DNA of 64,000 nt from an uncultured Dehalococcoidia bacterium (GTDB lineage: Bacteria; Chloroflexota; Dehalococcoidia; Lucifugimonadales; UBA1127): positions 230,774-294,773 of the forward strand of contig OX638292.1 of assembly GCA_951812285.1 (NCBI GenBank), read 5' to 3'. The notes under the pieces were generated by a model. It saw only the letters and a program-made list of their open reading frames with translations. It was not told the DNA's origin and ran no database searches. Of the stretch, positions 8,987 to 17,582 are shown one piece after another. The position numbers and the translations under genes were made by a program. The number at the start of each line of letters is the position of its first letter. The stretch's first letter is position 1.

Positions 8987-11458
8987 ATGACGATGAATCC
9001 CGAAAACTTTACACAATCGGCTGTACAGGCCATCAGGCACTCGCAGGAACTTGTGCGGCATTACCGGCATTCCCAGTGGGACGTGGAACATGTTCTGATG
9101 GCCTTGTTGGAGCAACAGGACGGCGTGCCGGTGCAGGTGTTACGCGAGATCGGCGTTGACACGGCGGCGCTCCGAGCGGACGTCGCCTCCTCGCTGCAGC
9201 GTTCCCCTAGGCTCGAATACGAGTCTCAACAGATCTACCCAACGCCGCGGGTGCAGCGCATCATGCACGATGCGTCCGTTGAAGCCGAGAGACTCCGGGA
9301 TGACTTCATTGGCACCGAGCATCTGCTCATCGCCATCAGCGATGAGCGGACGGGGGAATCGGCTGAAATACTACGCGCGCGCCGGGTCGACACGGAGACA
9401 ATCTATCAGGCTCTAAGTAAAGTGCGTGGCTCGCAGCGCGTTACGGACCCCCACGCGGACGACCGCTATCGCTCGCTGGAGAAGTTTAGCCGCGACCTCA
9501 CGCAGCTTGCACGTGAGGGCCGTTTGGACCCCGTCGTGGCGCGAGATAAAGTCGTGCAGCAGGCCGTCCAAACGCTCGCTCGGCGTACCAAGAACAATCC
9601 GGTCTTGCTCGGCGAAGCGGGAGTAGGAAAGACCGCCGTCGTCGAGGGGCTGGCGCAAGCCATCGCAGCGGGCGGAGTGCCGGACGCCATCAAGGGCAAG
9701 CGCGTCTTGTGGCTGGACATGCCGGGGCTCGTGGCAGGGTCCAAGTTTCGGGGCGAGTTTGAGGAGCGCCTGAAGGCCGTCATGGACGAAGTCCTCGCTG
9801 CTAGGGGTGAGGTCATCCTCTTCATAGACGAGATCCACACCGTCGTGGGTGCGGGCGGCGCGGAGGGCGCCATTGACGCCTCCAACATGATGAAGCCGAC
9901 ACTGGCTCGTGGTGAACTTCAGGTCATCGGCGCAACGACCCCCGACGAGTACCGCAGGTACATCGAGCGGGATTCAGCGCTGGAGCGACGCTTCCGGCCC
10001 GTGTGGGTTGAAGAGCCTTCTGAGGAGGACGCCATCCTCATGGTCAGGGCGCTTCGCCCTCGCTATGAAGCCCACCACAGTGTCACCATCGACGACAGTG
10101 CAGTCGAGGCCGCTGTGCGCCTCGGCAAGCGCTACGTAACGGAGCGCCACCTGCCGGACAAGGCAATCGACCTGATTGACGAGGCCGCGGCCAAGCTGCG
10201 GCTCCACATGTCCAGCATGCCGGAGGAGATCAAGGACCTGCAGCGCCGCGCATCTGAGTTGCAGGACGAGGAGGAAGCCGCAGCCAATCGCGCGGAATAC
10301 CAGCTCGCGTCAGAGCTGCGCGCTGAGCGAATCCAGGTGGAGCACGAGGCCGTCACCCAGCGTGACGCTTGGTTAGCAGATGAAAAGCTGGACATGACCG
10401 TCAGGGAGGGTGAGATTGCGACGTTGATAGCGGTGTGGACTGGCGTGCCCGTCAGTCGTTTGTTGCAATCGGAGGCGGACCGACTCGTGCATATGGAGGA
10501 GGAACTTCACGCGCGGGTCGTCGGCCAGGACGAGGCGGTCACGGTGATATCCGATGCTATCCGGCGTGCACGGGCGGGCCTGAAGGACCCAAAGCGGCCC
10601 ATCGGTGCCTTCATATTTCTTGGGCCTACTGGAGTCGGTAAGACCGAGTTGGCGCGGACTCTGGCGGAGTTCTTGTTTGATGACGAGGACGCGCTCATCC
10701 GCATCGACATGTCGGAGTACATGGAGTACCACACAGTCTCCCGGTTGGTTGGAGCACCCCCAGGTTATGTCGGCTACGACGAGGGCGGCCAGCTCACGGA
10801 GCAGGTGCGTCGTCGCCCGTTCCGTGTCGTGCTGTTCGACGAAATCGAGAAGGCACACCCGCAGGTGTTCAACATCCTGCTTCAGCTCCTGGAGGACGGC
10901 CGCTTGACTGACGGTCACGGAAACGCCGTCGACTTCCGCAATACAGTCATAATCTTGACGAGTAACTTGGGCACCGGAGACATAGGCCGCAGCAGCGCCA
11001 TCGGATTCCGCCGTGGCGACGCAACCTACGAAGCCCAGCGCCATCGCACGCGCGCGGCAATTGGAGACGCCCTGAAGCGCGAGTTTCGCCCGGAGTTCCT
11101 CAACCGGTTGGACGAGGCCATCATCTTCGACCCGCTGACCAGCGATGACCTGCACCGCATTGTCGAGTTGATGACGGACACTGTTCAGGCGCGGCTGGAA
11201 GAACAGGCCATCACGTTGCAGGTGTCCGATGCCGCGAAGGACTGGTTGGTGAAGGAGGGATATGATCCAGTGTACGGTGCGCGACCGCTGAGACGGGCCG
11301 TGCAACGCTACATCGAGAACCCGCTGGCCAACCGCATTCTGAACGGAGCCTTTGATCGCGCCGGTACGGTCCATGTGGACGTGGACGTGGACGCCGACGG
11401 CGAGGGCCTGTCGTTCGCTGCGACAGCCGCTACAGCGGAGTCCGTTGTGGCTGCCTAG
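8987..11458 (+). CDS. clpB: ATP-dependent disaggregase ClpB
   Basis: Clp N-domain repeats, two AAA+ modules (GEAGVGKT and GPTGVGKT Walker A) and a long coiled-coil middle domain. ATG at 8987 follows GGAGG. The ORF-track start at 8864 would overlap hspR and adds a non-conserved Arg-rich peptide. Confidence 0.95.
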   Translation: MTMNPENFTQSAVQAIRHSQELVRHYRHSQWDVEHVLMALLEQQDGVPVQVLREIGVDTAALRADVASSLQRSPRLEYESQQIYPTPRVQRIMHDASVEAERLRDDFIGTEHLLIAISDERTGESAEILRARRVDTETIYQALSKVRGSQRVTDPHADDRYRSLEKFSRDLTQLAREGRLDPVVARDKVVQQAVQTLARRTKNNPVLLGEAGVGKTAVVEGLAQAIAAGGVPDAIKGKRVLWLDMPGLVAGSKFRGEFEERLKAVMDEVLAARGEVILFIDEIHTVVGAGGAEGAIDASNMMKPTLARGELQVIGATTPDEYRRYIERDSALERRFRPVWVEEPSEEDAILMVRALRPRYEAHHSVTIDDSAVEAAVRLGKRYVTERHLPDKAIDLIDEAAAKLRLHMSSMPEEIKDLQRRASELQDEEEAAANRAEYQLASELRAERIQVEHEAVTQRDAWLADEKLDMTVREGEIATLIAVWTGVPVSRLLQSEADRLVHMEEELHARVVGQDEAVTVISDAIRRARAGLKDPKRPIGAFIFLGPTGVGKTELARTLAEFLFDDEDALIRIDMSEYMEYHTVSRLVGAPPGYVGYDEGGQLTEQVRRRPFRVVLFDEIEKAHPQVFNILLQLLEDGRLTDGHGNAVDFRNTVIILTSNLGTGDIGRSSAIGFRRGDATYEAQRHRTRAAIGDALKREFRPEFLNRLDEAIIFDPLTSDDLHRIVELMTDTVQARLEEQAITLQVSDAAKDWLVKEGYDPVYGARPLRRAVQRYIENPLANRILNGAFDRAGTVHVDVDVDADGEGLSFAATAATAESVVAA

Positions 11459-11613
11459 AGTGAACCCCGAGTTCGTTGAGGCGAGGTGCAGGCAGTCGAG
11501 AAGCCGGTCCCGCCTCGATTTGCTTGCCCCGGTTGGGCCTCACGGGTATCCTTGCCCCTGCCGATGCATAGTGCAGCGGCCGATTCGTGCCTGTGGGCCA
11601 GTGAGGTGGAGCC

Positions 11614-12564
11614 ATGCCGGACCTGCCGACGCAAGATGAGGTGCTCGCCTACTTCGAGTCGTTGAGCAACTGGGGCCGCTGGGGCGACGACGACCAGCTA
11701 GGCACCATGAACCACATCACGCCGGAAACGCGCCGCCGCGCCGTGTCGTTGGTGCGGGAGGGCGTGACGATCTCGTGTTCCCGAACGCTGAACAACGCCC
11801 CCGGACCCGACGTCGTTGCACAGCCCGTGCACTACATGATCGAGTCCGGCGAGGGTTACGCACACGACGAGAAGGCGGGGCCGCCCCGGCCCTACCAGAC
11901 GTCATCGGACTTTATCGGTGTGGCCTTCCACGGGCACACCGTCACCCACGTCGACAGCTTGGCGCACTTCTTCTTCGACGGGAAAATGTACAACGGCAAA
12001 CCCTCCAGCCTCGTGTCCACCCGCTACGGCGCCACATGGGAATCGATCGAGGTGTTGCAGGGAGGTATCTTGGCCCGAGGTGTCCTGCTCGACATCCCGC
12101 GACTGCGCGGCGTCCCTTGGTTCAACCCCGGCGAGGGCATCCTCCGCGAGGATCTTGAAGCCGCCGAGGAGGCACAGGGCGTGCATGTGGAACCCGGCGA
12201 TGTCCTGTTGGTGCGCACCGGACAGCTGCGTCGCCGGGCCGAGTTGGGGCCGTGGAACATCGCGGCGGTGGGCGGGACCGGGACTCACGCCAACTGCCTC
12301 CCCTTTTACCACGAGCGCTCCATCGCCATGCTCGGCTCGGACACGGGCAACAGTCTGATTCACCCCGGGTTCGACCGTTTGGGGAACCCGGTTCACCAGG
12401 TCGGCATCGTAGCCATGGGTCTCTGGATCCTTGATAACGCTGACCTGGAAACGCTGGCCGAGGCCTGCCAGGAGCGTGGACGCTGGGAGTTCATGCTCAC
12501 CATCAATCCCCTGCGCATAGAGGGAGGTACCGGTTCCCCCGCAAACCCCGTAGCCGTCTTCTAG
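11614..12564 (+). CDS. Cyclase-family protein (kynurenine-formamidase-like metal hydrolase)
   Basis: 316 aa with an HxGTHxDxxxH-type motif (FHGHTVTHVDSLAHFF), typical of the putative cyclase family. Confidence 0.7.
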   Translation: MPDLPTQDEVLAYFESLSNWGRWGDDDQLGTMNHITPETRRRAVSLVREGVTISCSRTLNNAPGPDVVAQPVHYMIESGEGYAHDEKAGPPRPYQTSSDFIGVAFHGHTVTHVDSLAHFFFDGKMYNGKPSSLVSTRYGATWESIEVLQGGILARGVLLDIPRLRGVPWFNPGEGILREDLEAAEEAQGVHVEPGDVLLVRTGQLRRRAELGPWNIAAVGGTGTHANCLPFYHERSIAMLGSDTGNSLIHPGFDRLGNPVHQVGIVAMGLWILDNADLETLAEACQERGRWEFMLTINPLRIEGGTGSPANPVAVF

Positions 12565-12583
12565 ACAACTTGAGGAACAGGAC

Positions 12584-14263
12584 ATGACACGATTGTCACC
12601 CGGTCAGTCGGTGGTGGAGGCTCTGCGCGCGGAAGGCATCTCGTACGTCTTCGGCATAGTCGGCGGCACATTTCTCGAGATCCTCGACGCGCTCTATGAC
12701 GCCGAGGACATCAAGTTCGTCAGCACCCGCCACGAGCAGGGAGCAGCCTTGATGGCCGATGGCTTCGCCCGTGCGTCTGGGCAGCCGGCGGTCTGCATTG
12801 CAACCAACGGCCCAGGTGCGACAAACCTCATCACCGGCGTCTATGCCGCCCATACCGGCCATTCCCCAGTGATCGCCATCTCCGGCGCGCCGGCACGCGA
12901 CGTTGTATACCGTGACGCCTTCCAGGAGGCCGACCACGTCTCCCTCTTCAGGCCCGTCACCAAGCAGGCAGTAACCGTGAACACCTCCGAGCGCATTCCG
13001 GAGCTCTTCCGACACGCCTTTCGCATGGCCATGACCGGCAAAAAAGGCCCGGTCTTCATCGACATCCCTCGAGACCTTCTGGACGGCGCCCCCATTGAGC
13101 ACCCGGATGCTCCCCCGCCGTCGTACCGCGTCCACCAGCGGTTGCCTGCGGACCCCGAACTGGTGGCGCACGCCGCGTCTTTGCTGGCAGCGGCGGAGCG
13201 GCCGGTCATCGTAGCCGGCGGCGGCGTGATTCAGAGTGGCGCCTCGGAGACAGTTGTGCTGCTTGCGGAGCTCCTCTCGGCGCCGATGATAACCAGTTAC
13301 GGCCGCAACGACGCCGTCCCTAACGGCCACAAGCTCTACGTAGGCCCCCTCGGCCGCGCCGGAGCGGCGGAGGCCGGGCAGGTCTGCGCCCGAGCCGACG
13401 TCATCCTCGCCGCCGGGACCCGTCTCTCAAACTTCACCTCCTTCTATGACAACCGATACATCTCGGCGGGCGCAAAGATTATCCAAATTGAGATTGACGA
13501 GCGGGAGCTCGGCCGCAACTACCCTGTGGCCGTCGGCATCCAGGCTGACGCTGGCGCTGCACTGATGAGCATTTTGGAGGACCTGCAGTCCTTGGACACT
13601 CGACCCGATCGCGCGGCGTGGGCGGCCGAGGGCGCGGACCTGAGGGCCAAGCGCCGCGCAAGGCTTGACAACGAGTCAACGTGGTCAGGTACACCCATCA
13701 AGCCGCAGCGCGTCTACGGCGAGCTGCGAAAGGCGCTGCCGCCGGAGGCCATCATGGTCTTGGACGCCGGCGCCTGCCCAGCATTTGGCTACGACCGCCT
13801 CGACTTCCACCACCCCGGCACGCTCATAACCCCGCTTGATTTCGGTGGCCTTGGATTCGCCTTCCCGGAGGCCCTCGGCGCGAAGCTGGGTCGGCCCGAG
13901 GTCCCGGTGATCGCCATCCACGGCGACGGCGGCTTTCTCTTCAATGTTCAGGAGCTCGAAACCGCAGTTCGCGAAGGCATACCCGTGGTGACCATTGTGA
14001 TGAACAACAACGTCTGGGGCTCGGAGATGGCGTACCAGCAGGCGCTGTACCCCGGCCGCGAGATCGGCGCGCGCATAACCAACCCGCGTTTCGACAAGCT
14101 CGCTGAGCTCTTTGGCGCCCGCGGTTACTACGTAGAGCGAGCCGAGGACGTCCGCGACGTCGTGACGGAGGCCATCGAGTCCAACCAGCCGGCCGTCATC
14201 GAAATCCCTGTCGACCCAGACGAGCTTCCCCGGCCCGCGCGGCTCGTGGAATCGGGCCGCTAA
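12584..14263 (+). CDS. Thiamine-diphosphate-dependent enzyme (acetolactate synthase large-subunit-like)
   Basis: 559 aa with the three-domain ThDP architecture. N-terminal pyrimidine-binding region (GIVGGTFLEILDAL). C-terminal ThDP motif GDGGFLFN...NNN. Confidence 0.85.
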   Translation: MTRLSPGQSVVEALRAEGISYVFGIVGGTFLEILDALYDAEDIKFVSTRHEQGAALMADGFARASGQPAVCIATNGPGATNLITGVYAAHTGHSPVIAISGAPARDVVYRDAFQEADHVSLFRPVTKQAVTVNTSERIPELFRHAFRMAMTGKKGPVFIDIPRDLLDGAPIEHPDAPPPSYRVHQRLPADPELVAHAASLLAAAERPVIVAGGGVIQSGASETVVLLAELLSAPMITSYGRNDAVPNGHKLYVGPLGRAGAAEAGQVCARADVILAAGTRLSNFTSFYDNRYISAGAKIIQIEIDERELGRNYPVAVGIQADAGAALMSILEDLQSLDTRPDRAAWAAEGADLRAKRRARLDNESTWSGTPIKPQRVYGELRKALPPEAIMVLDAGACPAFGYDRLDFHHPGTLITPLDFGGLGFAFPEALGAKLGRPEVPVIAIHGDGGFLFNVQELETAVREGIPVVTIVMNNNVWGSEMAYQQALYPGREIGARITNPRFDKLAELFGARGYYVERAEDVRDVVTEAIESNQPAVIEIPVDPDELPRPARLVESGR

Positions 14264-14338
14264 GGCGTGTACGCTGACTCTAGGGGGATGACTGTCGTGT
14301 GTTCCTCGTCAAACTCATTCTTGCGGCACTCTGAGTGA

Positions 14339-14782
14339 TTACACAATGTCTTCAGGAAACTTCCACCCGTTGTCATATGTAAGCCACTTGACGAGCCACA
14401 CGTACTTGATCCCGCCTTTGTCCAACGAGACTAACTTGCACAAATACTTGTCGCCTTCTTCAAGGGCAATTGGAGAAGGACCATCGGAATTGAGGAAATC
14501 CAACGCCCGGAACATTTGTGTGTCTCTGGGGCCCTCAACTTGAATTGACCAATAGTCGAACCCTCCCTGGAAGCCCATACCGAAGAGGTTGTGAAGCTCT
14601 ACCCTGTACGTAAGGGGCCCGCTAAAGTAGGCATCGTTGGCAGCCTGCATGTCTGCTTCCGCCTTTTGCCTTTCCTCTTCTACGTCCCGGCCTTGTATTT
14701 GCATCCAATCCCCCATGGACAATCGGTCTAATGGGTTGGTTCGTTGCCAGTCAGCCCGGAGCAACACGGGGTCGACCACCAT
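14339..14782 (-). CDS. Hypothetical protein in an AT-richer patch; start uncertain (ATG at 14818, 14782, 14716 or 14704)
   Basis: Only the 3' 120-150 codons of the 281-aa ORF are outside the Rieske gene. Codon usage is visibly more A/T-rich than in neighbours. A terminator hairpin separates it from the upstream Rieske gene. I recognise no family. Confidence 0.45.
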   Translation of the reverse strand: MVVDPVLLRADWQRTNPLDRLSMGDWMQIQGRDVEEERQKAEADMQAANDAYFSGPLTYRVELHNLFGMGFQGGFDYWSIQVEGPRDTQMFRALDFLNSDGPSPIALEEGDKYLCKLVSLDKGGIKYVWLVKWLTYDNGWKFPEDIV

Positions 14783-14874
14783 GATGTCGGCACGGCACCT
14801 ATGCAGCCACGGCTGCATTGCCCCGCACCGGAGGCAAACCCTTGAATGGAGTCTCACAGCTTCCTCCAAACAGA

Positions 14875-14900
14875 ACGGGGGCCTCAAAGGAGGCCCCCGT
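14875..14900 (-). terminator. Terminator-like hairpin after the Rieske oxygenase gene
   Basis: 11-bp stem ACGGGGGCCTC / GAGGCCCCCGT with a 4-nt loop, 25 nt past the stop. On the minus strand it is followed by TCTGTTTGG. Confidence 0.55.
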
Positions 14901-14924
14901 CTCTCTATGCCTGGTAGAAATTTC

Positions 14925-16262
14925 CTACCGGTTCGGGCCGCGATCTGCTCCCTCGAGCTCGGGGCGGTCGACAAACGCCTTCCGCAGCTCGCGCGTCGCC
15001 TCGAACCAGCCCTGCCCCTTGGGCAAGATGGTGCCGCCGGAACGCTCCTGGTACAGCTCGGGGCGGTCCACTGTGGCAGGAACCATGCCCTCCTGTAGGT
15101 TGATGGAGGCGCTGATGATGCGCCGCCGAGTCTTGATGACCATGGAGTCGCTTGAGCCCAAGTGCTCCTTGGTGCGGTCCGCAATGGCGCCCATCTGCTC
15201 CGTCACCGACTGGTCCTGCAGGTGGATGCCGCTGATGCCCGTAAAGATCTTGTTCGTCTTCTGTGCCTCTCGGTCGATTAGGTAGTCGTTCTCCGCGCGG
15301 GAGGCCAGGCGCCAGCGCCCGAGGAAGCCAGTGCCCTGCGGAAGGAATTCGGGAAGCAGGCTGGCGCCCGGAACGTTGTTCCCCCGACCGGCGCTGCCGA
15401 TGCCGCGAGCGAAGGGGTTGGGGCCGGAGATGTTCCAGAACATCGTGTGTTCGTCGTCTATTGGCACCCACGCCCGAACCAAGATCTGCCAGCCCAGCAC
15501 GCTGGTGGGAATCATGGTGTAAAAGGGCAGCAGGAAGTGAGCGACGCGCCAATAGATGGAGTCCTCCTCCGCCGGGCGCCAAGCCCCATACGAGGTGCCG
15601 TAGTCCGTGTCGACCACGTCATAACCGAGGGGTGCACGGTCCCTCACCGTGTAGAAGTCGTAGGAGCCGGGCGACAGCTTGTCAGCCGTCACGCTGCCAA
15701 GGTGCAGGAAGCCCAAGTGCGACGTGTCGATGTCGCCCTCGAGGGCCTGCACGAAGTTGCAGTCACGCATGGCGGTCCAGACAGACTGCTCGGCGTCGTC
15801 GGGCAGCATATTTGGCTCGATGTCCGGCAGCGGCGGGAGTTCACTGCGTGGGCCCATGTAAGTCCAGACGATGCCGTTCCGCTCCTGGCAGGGGTACGCC
15901 TTAATCTTGACCTTGTCCCTGAAGTTGGACTCCGCCGGCTCTGATGGCATGTCGACGCAGTCACCGTTTACGTCGAACTTCCATCCGTGGTAAACGCAGC
16001 GCAGTCCGCACTCCTCGTTGCGGCCGAAGAACAGGCTCGCCCGGCGATGCGGGCAGAAACTGTCGATGAGCCCGACGTTGCCGTTCGTGTCGCGGAAAGC
16101 GACGAGGTCCTCGCTGAGCAGCCGCACGCGGACGGGGTCGCTGTCCGGATTAGGCAGCTCCCTCGACATGATGGCAGGGATCCAGTGTTGTCGAATCATC
16201 TCGCCGGTGGGTGTTCCTGGCCCCACCTGACACATGAGTGCATTGTCGCTGGCGGATAGCAT
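14925..16262 (-). CDS. Rieske [2Fe-2S] non-heme-iron oxygenase alpha subunit, phthalate (class IA-like) family, paralog R0
   Basis: Rieske ligands CPHRRASLFFGRNEECGLRCVYHGWKF (CxH-x16-CxxH). Mononuclear Fe motif EGDIDTSHLGFLH. Start at 16262 (MLSASDNALM..) matches the N-termini of the four paralogs and follows GGGGGAGAG. Confidence 0.9.
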   Translation of the reverse strand: MLSASDNALMCQVGPGTPTGEMIRQHWIPAIMSRELPNPDSDPVRVRLLSEDLVAFRDTNGNVGLIDSFCPHRRASLFFGRNEECGLRCVYHGWKFDVNGDCVDMPSEPAESNFRDKVKIKAYPCQERNGIVWTYMGPRSELPPLPDIEPNMLPDDAEQSVWTAMRDCNFVQALEGDIDTSHLGFLHLGSVTADKLSPGSYDFYTVRDRAPLGYDVVDTDYGTSYGAWRPAEEDSIYWRVAHFLLPFYTMIPTSVLGWQILVRAWVPIDDEHTMFWNISGPNPFARGIGSAGRGNNVPGASLLPEFLPQGTGFLGRWRLASRAENDYLIDREAQKTNKIFTGISGIHLQDQSVTEQMGAIADRTKEHLGSSDSMVIKTRRRIISASINLQEGMVPATVDRPELYQERSGGTILPKGQGWFEATRELRKAFVDRPELEGADRGPNR

Positions 16263-16302
16263 GCTTCTCTCCCCCCAATTGAGAATGTATAGGCTAGAGC
16301 GG

Positions 16303-16331
16303 AGTGTAGTATTGGGGGGATTCCGCGTCAA
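16303..16331 (-). promoter_or_regulatory. Candidate promoter of Rieske paralog R0, overlapping an 8-bp inverted repeat
   Basis: On the minus strand: TTGACG, 17 nt, TACACT. The -35 lies inside the inverted repeat GCGTCAAT-N8-ATTGACGC (16325-16348). Confidence 0.4.
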
Positions 16332-16478
16332 TGCTTGGCGATTGACGCAAAGGACGGAATTCAGCGCCAGGGTGCGAAAGGGCAGGACGAGGGAGACGAC
16401 GTGCGCGAGCGGAAAACGAAGCAGTCTGTCGGCTTGGGGGTTGATGAGGCACGAGCCGCCGGTTGGGGGCCTGACCGC

Positions 16479-17381
16479 CTAGTTTGGGTTGTCTAGGCGC
16501 TGGCTCATGTCCGCGAGGAAGCTCTGGATGTCCGCCGGAAGATCAGACGCGGCTTCTTCTTCGGCTGACCGTTCCTCCGCCGAGTTGGGGTGGCGCGAGT
16601 CGTAGTAGGATTCCAGTCGCTTAACCAACTCCTGCGCCGCCGGATTGTTCTTAATCTCGGAGTCGAGCTCCGCGTACTGTTTGCGTCCAGCCTCGGTCTG
16701 CGGGAGATCCGCCGGCATGCTGTAGACCGTGGCGAGGATTTCCAGCAACCGCGCTGTGCCAGCGTAGTCGTGCTCCAGCTGCGCGTACTGAGGCAATCTC
16801 ACCATAAAGCTGACGTCCTCTACGCCGATCTTTGGCAGCTCCTGCGAGAGGAGGTTCATGATTGACGTAGGGCCCTCGTAATTGCTGCGACGTCGCGAGA
16901 CGAGGCCCCGTAGGCCCGTCATAGGCTCGCCGTTGAGAGTGCCTGTGACCTGAAGCGGTCGCGTGTGTGGCGCGGCGTCGTACATCGCCCCGATGCGGCT
17001 GTACCGCTTGACCTGCAACGCTTTCAACACCTCGAGGATGGAGGCGATGTAGTCCTCGGCGTTGGCGTGTGGTTCACGTACCTGCATCAAGACAATGGGT
17101 GGGTCCGTGTGGCCTGTCAGCTGGCTGACGCGAGTATTGGGGACACGCTGCACGCGCTGCCCATTGCGGAACCGCGTAGTCGGGCGGTAGCGCGTGAAAT
17201 CGAAGAACGCTCCCGGCTTCTCCAACCGGCCCAGCTCCTGGGAGCCGAAGTAACGCTCAAGACGGCGCAGGGTGAGTGTGCCCACGCTGCCGGCATCGAG
17301 CCAAGGGTAGAGCATGGCGATGACATGAGGCTCTTCAAGGTGGGGGATGGGTTCATTGAACTCGAACGCGCCAATCTTCAT
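16479..17381 (-). CDS. PAC2 (proteasome-assembly-chaperone-like) family protein
   Basis: The N-terminus from MKIGAFEFNEP..PHVIAMLYPWLDAGSVG resembles bacterial PAC2-family proteins. The ORF-track start at 17522 adds 47 unconvincing residues. Confidence 0.55.
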   Translation of the reverse strand: MKIGAFEFNEPIPHLEEPHVIAMLYPWLDAGSVGTLTLRRLERYFGSQELGRLEKPGAFFDFTRYRPTTRFRNGQRVQRVPNTRVSQLTGHTDPPIVLMQVREPHANAEDYIASILEVLKALQVKRYSRIGAMYDAAPHTRPLQVTGTLNGEPMTGLRGLVSRRRSNYEGPTSIMNLLSQELPKIGVEDVSFMVRLPQYAQLEHDYAGTARLLEILATVYSMPADLPQTEAGRKQYAELDSEIKNNPAAQELVKRLESYYDSRHPNSAEERSAEEEAASDLPADIQSFLADMSQRLDNPN

Positions 17382-17582
17382 GGCCGAATGGTGCCAGAAA
17401 ACTCCCGAATTTGCAACCCACGTCCCTTGGTCGCAGCCTCCATTCTGCTTGCGCCTAATTGATACCACATATCTAACCCCTTCGGCCCTTTCACGTTTTA
17501 CAATAAGTTGGTGGTTGCCCATATCACGAACCCTCGCCAGCCCCCTAGGGCGTCGGACCTGGAATCAAGACGACGGAGTACC

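Noticed and set aside
14783-15184. N-terminal 130 aa of the 281-aa ORF 14339-15184.
   Set aside because: It overlaps the 3' end of Rieske R0 in another frame and crosses the 14875-14900 terminator hairpin. Its composition is Arg/Pro/Ser/Ala-rich junk. Only the AT-richer 3' part is a plausible gene.
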